From contig JAHOYV010000029.1 in NCBI GenBank assembly GCA_019038745.1, positions 9,943 to 73,942 of the forward strand: a DNA stretch of 64,000 nucleotides. The letters are read 5' to 3'. Under the pieces are notes generated by a model. That model saw only the letters and a list, made by a program, of their open reading frames with translations. It had not been told where the DNA came from and did not search any database. The stretch is from Gemmatimonadales bacterium. GTDB taxonomy: Bacteria > Krumholzibacteriota > Krumholzibacteriia > LZORAL124-64-63. Shown piece after piece: positions 29,445 to 39,439 of the stretch; within the stretch, counting starts at the first letter, position 1, and every line of letters starts with the position of its first letter. The position numbers and the translations under genes are program-made.

Positions 29445-30764
29445 CTAGCCGTCGTAGTATTCCCGACCCAGATGTGTAATGACATCTTCGCCCATCATCC
29501 AGCGCAGCGTATTCTTCAGTTTGGTCTGCTGAATAAAGAGGTCGTGTTCTGCTTCCAGCCCTTCAGGTGTAACCGGGCTTTTGAAGTAGAAGCTGAGCCA
29601 TTCCTGGATACCGCCCGGCAGTCCGGCCCGCTTGCCCAGATCCAGTAGAAGGGCCAAGTCCAGAACCAGCGGAGCAGCCAGAATGGAGTCACGGCAGAGA
29701 AAATCGACTTTGATCTGCATGGGCCTTCCGCACCAGCCGAAAATGTCGATGTTATCCCAGCCTTCCTTGTTGTCGCCACGTGGGGGATAGTAGTTGATCC
29801 GCACCTTGTGGTAGAGCTTGCCATACAGGTCCGGATAGAGTTCCGGCTGCAGGATTGAGCCCAGGACGCTGAGCTTGGATTCTTCCTTGGTCTTGAAGGA
29901 TTCCGGGTCGTCCAGCACTTCGCCGTCCCGGTTACCCAGGATGTTTGTGGAAAACCAGCCCGCCAGGCCCAATTGCCTCGCCTTGAAGCCGGGTGCCAGG
30001 ATGGTCTTCATCAGCGTCTGGCCGGTTTTGAAATCTTTGCCGCAGGTACCGGATCCCATCTCCTTGGCCAATTCTTCGAGAGCAGGGACATCGCCACTGA
30101 GATTGGGGGCGCCATTGGCGTAGGGGACACCCATCTTGATTGCAGCGTAGGCATAGATCATGCTGGGAGGAATATCACGGTGGTCGTCCCGGAGGCCCTG
30201 TTCAAACGCGGCCAGAGTTTCGTGAACCTCGGTTCGCTGCATATAGATTTCGGTTGAGCCGCACCAGACCATGACCAGACGGTCGCAGCCCTTCTCCTTC
30301 TTGAAGGTCTCCATGTCCTTCATCACGGCTTCGGCCAGTTCCATCTTGTTGGCGCCGGTCTTGACATGAGTGCCTTCAAGTTTCTTGACGTAGTAGTTGT
30401 CGAATACGGCCTTCATCGGTTTGATCTGCTCCAACTCGGGTTTGAGTTGGTCCAGAAGTTCCTTCTCCAGTACACCTGCTTTCATGCACGCTTTGTATAC
30501 GGAGTCTTCGAAGATGTCCCAGCCCCCGAATTCGATGTCGTTTAATTCGGTCAGTGGAACGAAATTCTTGACCAGGGGCTGACGATCTTCAGTGCGTTTG
30601 CCCAACCTAATGTGACCCATCTGGGTAAAACTGCCGATGGGTAGCCGAAGGCCCTTGCGGATAGCTACCACCCCGGCGATGAAGGTGGATGAGACTGCTC
30701 CCATACCAGGTGTGAGCACCCCAAGTTTTCCGGCAGCAGGTTTGATCTGTAATTTTTCACCCAT
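29445..30764 (-). CDS. ino1: myo-Inositol-1-phosphate synthase
   Basis: 439 aa, NAD-binding N-terminus (GVLTPGMGAVSSTFIAGV) and conserved MIPS core. GAGGAG RBS. Confidence 0.85.
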   Translation of the reverse strand: MGEKLQIKPAAGKLGVLTPGMGAVSSTFIAGVVAIRKGLRLPIGSFTQMGHIRLGKRTEDRQPLVKNFVPLTELNDIEFGGWDIFEDSVYKACMKAGVLEKELLDQLKPELEQIKPMKAVFDNYYVKKLEGTHVKTGANKMELAEAVMKDMETFKKEKGCDRLVMVWCGSTEIYMQRTEVHETLAAFEQGLRDDHRDIPPSMIYAYAAIKMGVPYANGAPNLSGDVPALEELAKEMGSGTCGKDFKTGQTLMKTILAPGFKARQLGLAGWFSTNILGNRDGEVLDDPESFKTKEESKLSVLGSILQPELYPDLYGKLYHKVRINYYPPRGDNKEGWDNIDIFGWCGRPMQIKVDFLCRDSILAAPLVLDLALLLDLGKRAGLPGGIQEWLSFYFKSPVTPEGLEAEHDLFIQQTKLKNTLRWMMGEDVITHLGREYYDG

Positions 30765-30799
30765 TGTTCTAGCTCCTCTCTATCATAACTTGCCCTCGT

Positions 30800-30836
30800 G
30801 GCGGAAAATCAGTTAGAACAGGATAGGTTTTCCGCC
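30800..30836 (-). promoter_or_regulatory. 9-bp inverted repeat in the ino1 5' leader / divergent promoter region
   Basis: GGCGGAAAA-N19-TTTTCCGCC, 35-70 nt upstream of the ino1 start codon. Confidence 0.3.
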
Positions 30837-30953
30837 CTGGGAAGGCAAAAGAAAGTTTGGGATATTTCGGGGAAAAATAGGCCCACCCGGCCAGTTTTTT
30901 CCCAGGGTTGAATTTTGGATTGGAGAGGGATAATTATATTTCCTCCATGGGTT

Positions 30954-30962
30954 TGATATAAT
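30954..30962 (+). promoter_or_regulatory. Extended -10 promoter element (TGATATAAT) facing the glycan operon
   Basis: Perfect TGnTATAAT inside the AT-rich 473-bp intergenic region. Implies a roughly 270-nt leader before the sugar-transferase ATG. Confidence 0.3.
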
Positions 30963-31237
30963 TCCCCCAAAGAAAAATCAACAAGACAAAAAAAGTTCCA
31001 AGTTAGGGGGTGGACAAAACATAAACTCACGTGTTATACTTCAAATTCAATTGCGGGAGACGTGGCCAGGATGAAGTTACAAAATCCAATGCCGCGGATC
31101 CCAGGGACCGAATTAACGGTGTTTTTGTTTCGAGTGCTACGAGCATCCTGAAGGGAATCAATGATCCAAAGCTAATGCGTTAAGGGTTTGTCATTCTAGA
31201 GTGATCATCAGCGCAACGGCAGAGGAGACTGTGCACC

Positions 31238-31972
31238 ATGAAGGAAGATGCTGTAGCTTTGGCAGTTGTTGAAAATGGCTGCTTAATATCGCCCCATAAG
31301 CTATTCATCCCCGCAGATACATCCCGTTATTATGGCAACCAGGCTTTTTTGAAACGTGCCCTGGATGTTGTGATGGCCTCGGTGATGCTGCTTGTGGCCT
31401 GCCCAATGATGCTGGTCATAGCTCTGCTGGTTAAGCGTTCAAGTCCTGGCCCGGTCCTGTTTATCCAGGATCGCTTGGGCAGGGACGGAAAGCCTTTCCG
31501 CTTCTACAAATTCCGTTCAATGCAAAACGACAGCAACGATGCTATCCATCGGCAATTCGCTGCCATGTTCATCAACGGGGATGAATCCGGCTGCAAGAAA
31601 TCAAATGCCGGCGATACGGTATTCAAGATGAAAACTGACCCGCGAGTTACGGGAATTGGGGCCTGGCTCCGGAAAACTTCCATGGACGAGCTGCCTCAAC
31701 TTTTTAACATTCTCAGGGGTGATATGTCTCTGGTTGGGCCTCGTCCCCCGATTGACTACGAAATTGAGAATTATCAACCTTGGCACATGGAACGCTTGAA
31801 GGCTGTTCCCGGGCTTACCGGATTGTGGCAGGTCAGCGGACGTAGCAGTGTCTCTTTCGAGGAGATGGTGCGCCTGGATGTAAATTATATCAACAACTGG
31901 TCTCTCTGGTGGGATTTTGCAATTATCCTGAGGACCGTACCGGTGGTTCTGTGGGGAACCGGCGGTCATTGA
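31238..31972 (+). CDS. Small monotopic phosphoglycosyl transferase (PglC/WbaP C-domain type 'bacterial sugar transferase')
   Basis: DELPQLFNILRGDMSLVGPRP signature and an N-terminal re-entrant helix. Confidence 0.75.
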   Translation: MKEDAVALAVVENGCLISPHKLFIPADTSRYYGNQAFLKRALDVVMASVMLLVACPMMLVIALLVKRSSPGPVLFIQDRLGRDGKPFRFYKFRSMQNDSNDAIHRQFAAMFINGDESGCKKSNAGDTVFKMKTDPRVTGIGAWLRKTSMDELPQLFNILRGDMSLVGPRPPIDYEIENYQPWHMERLKAVPGLTGLWQVSGRSSVSFEEMVRLDVNYINNWSLWWDFAIILRTVPVVLWGTGGH

Positions 31973-32118
31973 TCTTTGGGTCGGATCGAGGCCGGGATAA
32001 TTCTTGACTGTCTGCCGGCTCCAATCCATCCTCCTTGCTTTGCTCCAAATCATGTAGAGCTCCGGCCGTTGCCGGAGACGTTTGCTGGCCGTCCACAGGG
32101 AACGAAAGAGAGCTGAAG

Positions 32119-33138
32119 ATGCTGAAATTGGGTGTAATCGGGTGCGGATACTGGGGTCCCAACTTGATTCGTAACTTCAACGGTTTGCCGGATGTGGAAT
32201 TGGCGATTATCTGCGATCTGGATGAAGCCCGGTTGAATCATGTAGGATTGTTGTATCCCAACACAAAGAAAACCCAGGATTACCGGGAAATCCTTCAGGA
32301 TCCGGAAATCGAGGGTGTCGTGGTGGCCACAACGATGTCTACCCACTTTCCGATCGGGAAGGAAGTCCTCGAGGCAGGCAAACATCTTTTCCTGGAAAAG
32401 CCGATGGCTACCAATAGTGAAGATTGCCGGGTCCTGAACGCCTTGGCCGAGAGCAAGGGTTTGCAGATCATGGTCGGGCATACTTTCGTTTTCACGCCGG
32501 CGGTCAGGAAGATCAAGCAGGTCATCGACGATGGAGAGTTGGGAGACATTTACTATGTCAACATCTCGCGCGTGAATCTGGGGATCTTCCAGAAGGACGC
32601 CAATGTAGTGTGGGATCTTGCGCCCCACGACGTTGCCATGCTCAACTACCTGTTCCAGTCGGAGCCGGTAAGCGTCAGCGCCTATGGGCATTGCTACGTC
32701 CAGAAGGAAAAAGGCATCGAAGACGTGGCTTTTGTCACTCTGGAATACCCGGGTGGACGGCTGGCTCATATCCATGTCAGCTGGCTTGATCCGAACAAGA
32801 TCCGGATGTGTACCTTCGTGGGTAGTCGCAAGATGCTGGTTTACGACGACATCCATCCCACGGAAAAGATCAAGATCTTCGACAAGGGTGTTGACGTTCA
32901 GCCTCACTACGACAACTTCGGAGAGTTTCAACTGCTGTACCGATCAGGCGATATTCACGCCCCGAAGATCGACACAGTAGAACCGTTGAAGGCCGAGACA
33001 GCACATTTCCGTGATGTCATTCTGGGTAAGGAAGAATCACTGAGTAGCGGTGCTCATGGTTTGAAGGTGGTTCAGGTGCTGGAGAAGGCCTGCCAGTCCA
33101 TCAAGGACAGTGGCATGCCCATTCCTCTGGAATACTGA
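32119..33138 (+). CDS. Gfo/Idh/MocA family NAD(P)-dependent oxidoreductase
   Basis: Rossmann GVIGCGYWGPN and the EKP motif (LFLEKPMAT). The internal Met at 32119 is the true start. Confidence 0.7.
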   Translation: MLKLGVIGCGYWGPNLIRNFNGLPDVELAIICDLDEARLNHVGLLYPNTKKTQDYREILQDPEIEGVVVATTMSTHFPIGKEVLEAGKHLFLEKPMATNSEDCRVLNALAESKGLQIMVGHTFVFTPAVRKIKQVIDDGELGDIYYVNISRVNLGIFQKDANVVWDLAPHDVAMLNYLFQSEPVSVSAYGHCYVQKEKGIEDVAFVTLEYPGGRLAHIHVSWLDPNKIRMCTFVGSRKMLVYDDIHPTEKIKIFDKGVDVQPHYDNFGEFQLLYRSGDIHAPKIDTVEPLKAETAHFRDVILGKEESLSSGAHGLKVVQVLEKACQSIKDSGMPIPLEY

Positions 33139-33165
33139 GCGACGCGACCTGACGGAGAGAGGCAG

Positions 33166-34293
33166 TTGACCAATCGTCCCATCCGAGTGGCCATGATAGG
33201 CCAGAAGGGGTACCCCCCTATCCACGGTGGGATCGAGAAACACGTGGCCGAGTTGGCCGCCCGGTTGGGACGATTGGGAATTGCCTCCGAGATCTACAGC
33301 CGACCCCATTACAGCCGGGCTGATGGTGCGGTTGACCTGCCTGAGGTTTGCGTGAGGCGTATGCCCAGCATTCCGACCAAGCATCTGGATGCAATTTCCC
33401 ATTCATTACTTGCTACCGCGGACACTCTTGGTCGTCCTGTGGACCTGGTTCATTACCATGCTTTGGGGCCCGGCCTGTTGGCTGGAATTCCCCGTTGGTT
33501 GCGTGGCCGCCCGACCGTTGTGACTGTTCACGGTCTTGACTGGCAGCGTGAGAAGTGGGGTGGATTCGCTAGCAGGGTCTTGAAGTTGGGGGAAATTGCC
33601 AGTGTCCGCCTGCCGAACAGTACCATCGTGGTTTCCAAAGCCCTCCGGAAGCATTACCTGGCCGAGCACGGTCGCGAAACAGTTTACATTCCCAATGGAA
33701 TTTCCCCGCCCGATTACCGTGAACCGGACCTGATTCGGAATAAAGGGATCACCCGGCCTTTTCTTCTATTCGTTGGTAGGTTGGTGCCCGAAAAGGGGTG
33801 CCACCTCCTGCTGGAAGCCTGGGGATCGCTTCCTGCCTGGATTCGGGATGAATTCCAACTGGTAATCGCCGGAGACGCCGGATTCACGCCCGGGTACGTG
33901 GAGCGATTGCGTAGAGAGGCCCCCACTGGAGTCGTGTTTTTAGGCTATGTTCACGGTCCTATCCTGAATGAATTGTATTCCAATACCGAGTTGGTGGTTC
34001 TGCCCTCAACCCTTGAGGGGCTTTCCATCACCCTGCTGGAAGGCATGAGTTACGGTCGGTGTTGTTTGGTGAGTGATATTCCTCCCAACGTTGAGGCCAT
34101 GGCCGGAAATGGGGAGTTGTTTAAAAGCGGAGACAGTGTTGATTTGGCAGAAAAACTGGGGAGCTTGCTCTCGGATCCTGATCGGCGCGGGAGGTTTGGG
34201 CGGGAGAGCCAATTGCACGCCATTGAAGAATATTCCTGGGATCGCGTAGCTTCGGATACTGCAAATCTGTACCGTGAACTGACTGCTACTTGA
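33166..34293 (+). CDS. Glycosyltransferase family 4 (GT-B)
   Basis: EGLSITLLEGMSYGRCCLVSD (E-x7-E), 375 aa. TTG start with GGAGAGAGG RBS. Confidence 0.75.
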   Translation: MTNRPIRVAMIGQKGYPPIHGGIEKHVAELAARLGRLGIASEIYSRPHYSRADGAVDLPEVCVRRMPSIPTKHLDAISHSLLATADTLGRPVDLVHYHALGPGLLAGIPRWLRGRPTVVTVHGLDWQREKWGGFASRVLKLGEIASVRLPNSTIVVSKALRKHYLAEHGRETVYIPNGISPPDYREPDLIRNKGITRPFLLFVGRLVPEKGCHLLLEAWGSLPAWIRDEFQLVIAGDAGFTPGYVERLRREAPTGVVFLGYVHGPILNELYSNTELVVLPSTLEGLSITLLEGMSYGRCCLVSDIPPNVEAMAGNGELFKSGDSVDLAEKLGSLLSDPDRRGRFGRESQLHAIEEYSWDRVASDTANLYRELTAT

Positions 34294-34357
34294 TGGAAAA
34301 TCAATTTGACAATTAGCGGGTCATTCATTATCTCTGCTCTACCTTCGAATCTTTGGA

Positions 34358-34433
<76 letters not shown>

Positions 34434-34566
34434 TATTTTTTTGGGAACCGATGGCCCTTCTTTTTTAATGATTCCCACCCTGCACCGCGAACTGTGAATA
34501 GATTCACGAAAGTTTCGTTCGGTCAGTTGACAACCCTTTCTGATTTAATCATTATTCAGTCAGGGA

Positions 34567-34641
34567 GGCGGCATAGCCAAGTGGCTAAGGCGACGGTCTG
34601 CAAAATCGTTATCCCCAGTTCGACTCTGGGTGCCGCCTCCA
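34567..34641 (+). tRNA. tRNA-Cys (anticodon GCA)
   Basis: Acceptor GGCGGCA / TGCCGCC, anticodon loop CTGCAAA, T-loop TTCGACT, CCA encoded. 75 nt. Confidence 0.85.
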
Positions 34642-34648
34642 ACTTTGA

Positions 34649-34672
34649 CCGACGCTTGCGTCGGTTTTTTTT
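34649..34672 (+). terminator. Rho-independent terminator after tRNA-Cys
   Basis: CCGACGC-TTG-GCGTCGG followed by TTTTTTTT. Confidence 0.75.
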
Positions 34673-34718
34673 GCTGATTGACTCTTGAATCAGAGGTCCG
34701 CATTATCGCGAATTCGGT

Positions 34719-34806
34719 GCCGGGATGGCGGAATTGGTAGACGCAAGGGACTTAAAATCCCTCGAAGCGTTGCTTCGTGCCGGTTCGATCCCGGCTCCCG
34801 GCACCA
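34719..34806 (+). tRNA. tRNA-Leu (anticodon TAA), class II with long variable arm
   Basis: Acceptor GCCGGGA / TCCCGGC, anticodon loop CTTAAAA, variable arm about 15 nt, T-loop TTCGATC, CCA encoded. 88 nt. Confidence 0.8.
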
Positions 34807-34849
34807 GAATCGTTCCAGAAGCGCAATCGATGCGCCCAGCAGATTTCCC

Positions 34850-36016
34850 ATGTTTCGGGGGTGTTTCTTGCGGCTCGCATTTCTGTCCATAGGGCGACAC
34901 ATTCATACCGAGAGATGGATTCGCTGGTTTGCCGAGCGAGGAAACGAATGCCACCTTCTGACGGTACAACCGGGGGAAGTGCCAGGGGTCCTGGTACATG
35001 ACATATCCAGTTCCTCCGGACCCAAGCCACTGCGGTATCTTCAATCCCTGGGGAAGGTCAAGAATCTTCTGCAGCGAATCCAGCCGGATGTTCTGAATAC
35101 TCATTTTCTTACCGGTTACGGTTATTGGGGAGATTTTTCAGGTTTTCATCCAAACCTGCTGACTGTTTGGGGCGATGATGTTTATGTCACTCCTTTCGAG
35201 AATGGTCTGAAGAACTGGCTGGCCAGGCGGGCCTTGCGCCACTGTGACGCCCTGACCGGGGATTCGGCGGACATTTTGGAGAAATCAGTGGATTTGGGAG
35301 CCGACGGTGATCGCTGCTTCCGTGTGCTTTGGGGAGTGGATTTCCAGCGGTTCCGAAAGATAGACGCCACCGGTTACCGACGGAAGCTGGGTTTTACCGA
35401 AACTGACCTGGTCTACTTCTCACCTCGAAGCTACACCCAGCCATATTACAACATCGATACCGTCATCGCGGCAGCGGCAAAGGTCAAGGAGCAGGAACCA
35501 AGAGCCCGATTTCTGTTCGCAGGGTACGAGGGTGAACCCGGACCCTTCAGGATAATGGCTGAGCGCGCGGGAATCGGTGAGGTCATGGTTTTCATCGGCC
35601 GGATTCCCCATGATGAGTTTCATCTGGCCCTGAACGCAGCCGATGTTTTCTTGTCGGTGCCTTCGGTTGATGCAACGGCCGTTAGTCTTCTGGAAGCCAT
35701 GGCCTGCGGCTCAGCCATTGTGGTCTCGGATCTGGCTTCGTCCGGGGAATGGATAAAGCACGAAACCTCGGGGTTGGTGGTCCGGGCTCGAGACGTGTCC
35801 GATCTCACAAAGGCCATGCTGCGGTTTGCCGATGACGAATCCTTTCGCATTAGTGCTGGCCTGGCAGCCAGTGCTACCGCTAGAAAGTACGCAGGATTCG
35901 ACAGCAACATGGAAGCCGTGGAAATGATTTTCCGGAAGCTTTGCGGACTGGGGTCGGACTGGCCCAAAGAAGTCGCATTACCTGCTCTTGGGGTCGGGGA
36001 GCGAGGCTGCACGTGA
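34850..36016 (+). CDS. Glycosyltransferase family 4 (GT-B)
   Basis: VSLLEAMACGSAIVVSD motif, about 388 aa. The ORF-track start at 34685 would overlap tRNA-Leu; the first sensible ATG is 34850. Confidence 0.7.
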   Translation: MFRGCFLRLAFLSIGRHIHTERWIRWFAERGNECHLLTVQPGEVPGVLVHDISSSSGPKPLRYLQSLGKVKNLLQRIQPDVLNTHFLTGYGYWGDFSGFHPNLLTVWGDDVYVTPFENGLKNWLARRALRHCDALTGDSADILEKSVDLGADGDRCFRVLWGVDFQRFRKIDATGYRRKLGFTETDLVYFSPRSYTQPYYNIDTVIAAAAKVKEQEPRARFLFAGYEGEPGPFRIMAERAGIGEVMVFIGRIPHDEFHLALNAADVFLSVPSVDATAVSLLEAMACGSAIVVSDLASSGEWIKHETSGLVVRARDVSDLTKAMLRFADDESFRISAGLAASATARKYAGFDSNMEAVEMIFRKLCGLGSDWPKEVALPALGVGERGCT

Positions 36017-36978
36017 TCATTTCCGTTGTCATACCCACCATGAACAAGGTGAATCTGCTAAAGAGAACCCTGGCGGAACTCATAAGTCAGGATGTGGGGC
36101 CTGGGCAGTCCTGGGAAGTGGTAGTCGTGGACGACGGATCAACCGATGATACGGCTGATTTTCTAAGGATATTCGAGGCTGAGTATCAAGGATCCAACCC
36201 GGTCCTGCGGGTCGTTTCCCCGGGTGCAAACCTGGGTCGGGCCCGGGCTCGCAACCTTGGGGCCAGGAACGCCACGGGTTGTTGGCTTCTTTTTCTTGAT
36301 GACGATATTGTGCCTCCTGCCGGCCTGGTGAAAGCCCACCTGAAAGTATTGTTGGCCAACCCGGGCTTCGGAACCATCGGGTTTGCTGTAACCGATCCCG
36401 ATCTGGTAGATGCGCCGCATTTCCATTATCTGGACACAAGGGGTGTTGCCCGGTTGGACACCGGTCCGGCTCCAGCCAGGTTCTTCGTGACCCAGAATGC
36501 GGCCGTACCGCGTCAGGCGTTCCTTTCGGTGGGAGGATTCGACGAGGAGTTTTCCGCCTATGGGTTCGAGGACATGGAGGTTGCCTTCCGTTTGGAAGAT
36601 GAGGCAAAGGTCAAATTTTTGGCTTTGCCCTTCCCGGTTCCCCGGCATGTTCATCATCACACCCTGGTTCAATATCTGGAAAAGAAACGAGAGTGCGGTC
36701 GTTATAGCTTGGGCAGAATCGCCGAGTTGCATCCAGCCAGATTACGCGAGATGCGCTTGCACTTCGTGGTGAACACGAAAATGGAGAATGATAGGGCTCT
36801 GTCCGTCCGCTTGTTCAGATTTTTTGCCGACTCAGCTCTGGGAAAGGATTTTCCAGGTTGGTTGGCCCGTTGGCCCGTGCGGGATAAATTTTTCCCCCGG
36901 TGGCCGAGCCTGTATTTCCAAATGATGAACTTGGCCATACTGTGTTGTTTTCGCCAGGGTATTTGTGACCCGGAGTGA
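36013..36978 (+). CDS. Glycosyltransferase family 2 (GT-A)
   Basis: VVIPTMNK...VVVDDGSTDDT...FLDDD (DxD). GTG start overlaps the upstream GT4 stop (GTGA). Confidence 0.7.
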   Translation: MIISVVIPTMNKVNLLKRTLAELISQDVGPGQSWEVVVVDDGSTDDTADFLRIFEAEYQGSNPVLRVVSPGANLGRARARNLGARNATGCWLLFLDDDIVPPAGLVKAHLKVLLANPGFGTIGFAVTDPDLVDAPHFHYLDTRGVARLDTGPAPARFFVTQNAAVPRQAFLSVGGFDEEFSAYGFEDMEVAFRLEDEAKVKFLALPFPVPRHVHHHTLVQYLEKKRECGRYSLGRIAELHPARLREMRLHFVVNTKMENDRALSVRLFRFFADSALGKDFPGWLARWPVRDKFFPRWPSLYFQMMNLAILCCFRQGICDPE

Positions 36979-37112
36979 CAGTGTGCCAAAATGACACAAC
37001 ATGGCTGCCCTTGTGGCAGTGTGTCGGTTTTTGTCAGTTATTAATTTTGGGGGGCTTTTCTACTAACACTATTGCAACCTATTTATAATTAAAGGGTTAA
37101 AGATTTTCTAGT

Positions 37113-37143
37113 CATGCCTCTCATGGGGCATGGCTTTTGTTTA
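37113..37143 (+). terminator. Hairpin plus T-tract immediately upstream of dnaK (terminates the glycan operon)
   Basis: CATGCC-TCTCATGG-GGCATG followed by GCTTTTGTTT. Confidence 0.45.
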
Positions 37144-37192
37144 TAGGATAGGGAAAATCAATCGACCATGAAAAGTAGAAGGAGTTATAGAG

Positions 37193-39118
37193 ATGGGCAA
37201 GATTATTGGTATCGACCTTGGAACCACCAACAGTGTGGTATCTGTTATGGAGGGTGGAGAGCCCAAGGTGATTCCCAACAATGAGGGGAATCGAACCACG
37301 CCGTCTGTGGTGGCCTGGAACAAGAGTGGAGAACGGTTGGTGGGGTTGCTGGCCAAGCGTCAGGCCGTAACTAATCCGACAGACACCGTCTATTCAATAA
37401 AGCGCTTTATGGGCCGGAAATTCAGTGAAGTCGCGAATGAGATGAGTGAGGTCCCCTACACTGTGGAGAAAGGGGACAACGGCGAGCTGAAAGTCAAAAC
37501 GGCCCACGGTCTGTTTTCCCCTCCGGAGATCTCCGCTCAGATTCTTCGCTCCTTGAAGGAAACTGCCGAAGAATATCTTGGTGAGACCGTAACTGAAGCG
37601 GTGATCACCGTACCTGCCTACTTCAATGACAGCCAGCGCCAGGCTACCAAGGATGCCGGCAAGATCGCCGGTTTGGAGGTCAAGCGCATCATCAATGAAC
37701 CCACGGCGGCGGCGCTGGCCTACGGACTGGAGAAAAAGGGGGAGGAGACCATTGCGGTCTTTGATCTTGGTGGTGGTACTTTCGACATTTCCATCCTGGA
37801 GATCGTAGACGGTGTCTTCTCGGTTTTGGCTACCAGCGGGGATACGCACCTCGGTGGCGACGATTTTGATCAGAGGGTCATTGATCATCTGGTGGATACT
37901 TTCATAAAGCAGGAGGGAATCGATCTCAGCAAGGACCCAATGGCCCTGCAAAGACTCAAGGAAGGTGCCGAGTTGGCCAAGCGCGAGCTCAGCTCATCTA
38001 CCCAAACAGAGATCAATCTCCCTTTCATCACTGCGGATCAGAATGGGCCCAAGCACTTGACCATGACTCTGACTCGCGCCAAGTTCGAATCCTTGGTTGA
38101 AGACCTGGTGACCCGCACCATGCAGCCCTGCCTTCGTTGCCTGAAGGATGCCGGGCTGGCTCCTTCGGACATCGACGAAGTGCTCCTGGTAGGAGGGTCT
38201 ACGCGGATGCCGGCTGTCCAGGCCAAGGTTCAGGAGATTTTCCAGAAAGAGCCCAATCGTACCGTGAATCCCGATGAAGTTGTGGGGATGGGAGCTGCCA
38301 TTCAGGGTGGTGTGTTGGGTGGCGAGGATATGGACATCGTCCTGTTGGATGTGACGCCTCTCAGTCTCGGCATAGAGACTCTGGGCAGTGTTATGACTCG
38401 ACTCATTGATCGCAACACGACAATCCCGACCAAGAAAAGCCAGGTGTTTTCTACTGCTGCCGACAATCAGCCGACGGTAGACATCCATGTTCTTCAGGGT
38501 GAACGGGAGATGGCCGTTGACAATAAAACAATTGGACGCTTCCAGTTGACCGGGCTTCCGGCCGCTCCTCGTGGAATCCCCCAGATCGAGGTTACTTTCG
38601 ACATTGATGCAAATGGGATTCTTTCGGTGGGCGCTGTGGATAAGGCTACCGGCAAGGAGCAATCCATCAAGATCCAGGCTTCCAGTGGTTTGACGGATGA
38701 TGAAGTTGATAAGATGGTCCATGATGCCGAGGAAAATGCGGACCAGGACCAGGCCAAACGTGAGTTGATAGATGTTCGAAACGAGGCTGAGGCTCGGATT
38801 CATTCTGCCCGCAAAAGCATGGAGGAGCTTGCCGATGATCTGGATTCCAACCTGCGTGAAGAGGTGGAGACCAAGATCAAGGCTCTGGAAGAAGTGCTGA
38901 CCAGTGAGGATGCTGCCATGATCCGGACAGCCAGCGACGCCCTTATGCAGGCGGTCCAGGCTTTGGCCAGCAAGGCGTATGAAAAAGCCTCCGCTGCAGA
39001 GGCTGGGGGGGACTCCAAGGCTCCGGATTCAGATCAGGGGGATCAAAAGGAGCCCGCTGATACCGGAACCGGCCCCGACGATGCAGTGGATGCCGATTAT
39101 GAGGTAGTGGACGATTAA
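37193..39118 (+). CDS. dnaK: Molecular chaperone DnaK (Hsp70)
   Basis: [29 protein letters not shown] and EEVD-like C-terminus, 641 aa. GGAG RBS. Confidence 0.95.
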   Translation: MGKIIGIDLGTTNSVVSVMEGGEPKVIPNNEGNRTTPSVVAWNKSGERLVGLLAKRQAVTNPTDTVYSIKRFMGRKFSEVANEMSEVPYTVEKGDNGELKVKTAHGLFSPPEISAQILRSLKETAEEYLGETVTEAVITVPAYFNDSQRQATKDAGKIAGLEVKRIINEPTAAALAYGLEKKGEETIAVFDLGGGTFDISILEIVDGVFSVLATSGDTHLGGDDFDQRVIDHLVDTFIKQEGIDLSKDPMALQRLKEGAELAKRELSSSTQTEINLPFITADQNGPKHLTMTLTRAKFESLVEDLVTRTMQPCLRCLKDAGLAPSDIDEVLLVGGSTRMPAVQAKVQEIFQKEPNRTVNPDEVVGMGAAIQGGVLGGEDMDIVLLDVTPLSLGIETLGSVMTRLIDRNTTIPTKKSQVFSTAADNQPTVDIHVLQGEREMAVDNKTIGRFQLTGLPAAPRGIPQIEVTFDIDANGILSVGAVDKATGKEQSIKIQASSGLTDDEVDKMVHDAEENADQDQAKRELIDVRNEAEARIHSARKSMEELADDLDSNLREEVETKIKALEEVLTSEDAAMIRTASDALMQAVQALASKAYEKASAAEAGGDSKAPDSDQGDQKEPADTGTGPDDAVDADYEVVDD

Positions 39119-39439
39119 GCTGGCTGCACGCGTTCCAGCTTGCAATTGTTCTGAGATATGATACAGTCGGGTGCAGGGGTATAGCTCTGCACCCGAACCA
39201 AGCATTCCCTAGTTTTTAGAAAGAGGATAAAAAATGTCTTTGACAAAAACGGATTCTTGCTCTATTTTTTGCTAATAGGAATCGTTACCAAAAAGGTTGC
39301 TTGTTTTGTTTATGGTGCCGCCAGGAAATGGAAACTAAGTAGACCTTCAGGTGTTAGAAGGTATTCGTGATTTAAGATTTTGGTCCTTAGGGACAAAAAA
39401 TAAAGTTCCCTCGGAATTTCCGGGGTCGAGGAGGACAAA

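Noticed and set aside
30809-31030. 73-aa minus-strand ORF in the ino1 / phosphoglycosyl-transferase intergenic region
   Set aside because: GTG start without an RBS, AT-rich low-complexity product. It overlaps the predicted extended -10 promoter region and is more likely non-coding.
34685-34849. ORF-track N-terminal extension of the second GT4 (start 34685) running through tRNA-Leu
   Set aside because: The extension is the translation of the tRNA-Leu gene itself. The CDS must start at or after 34850.
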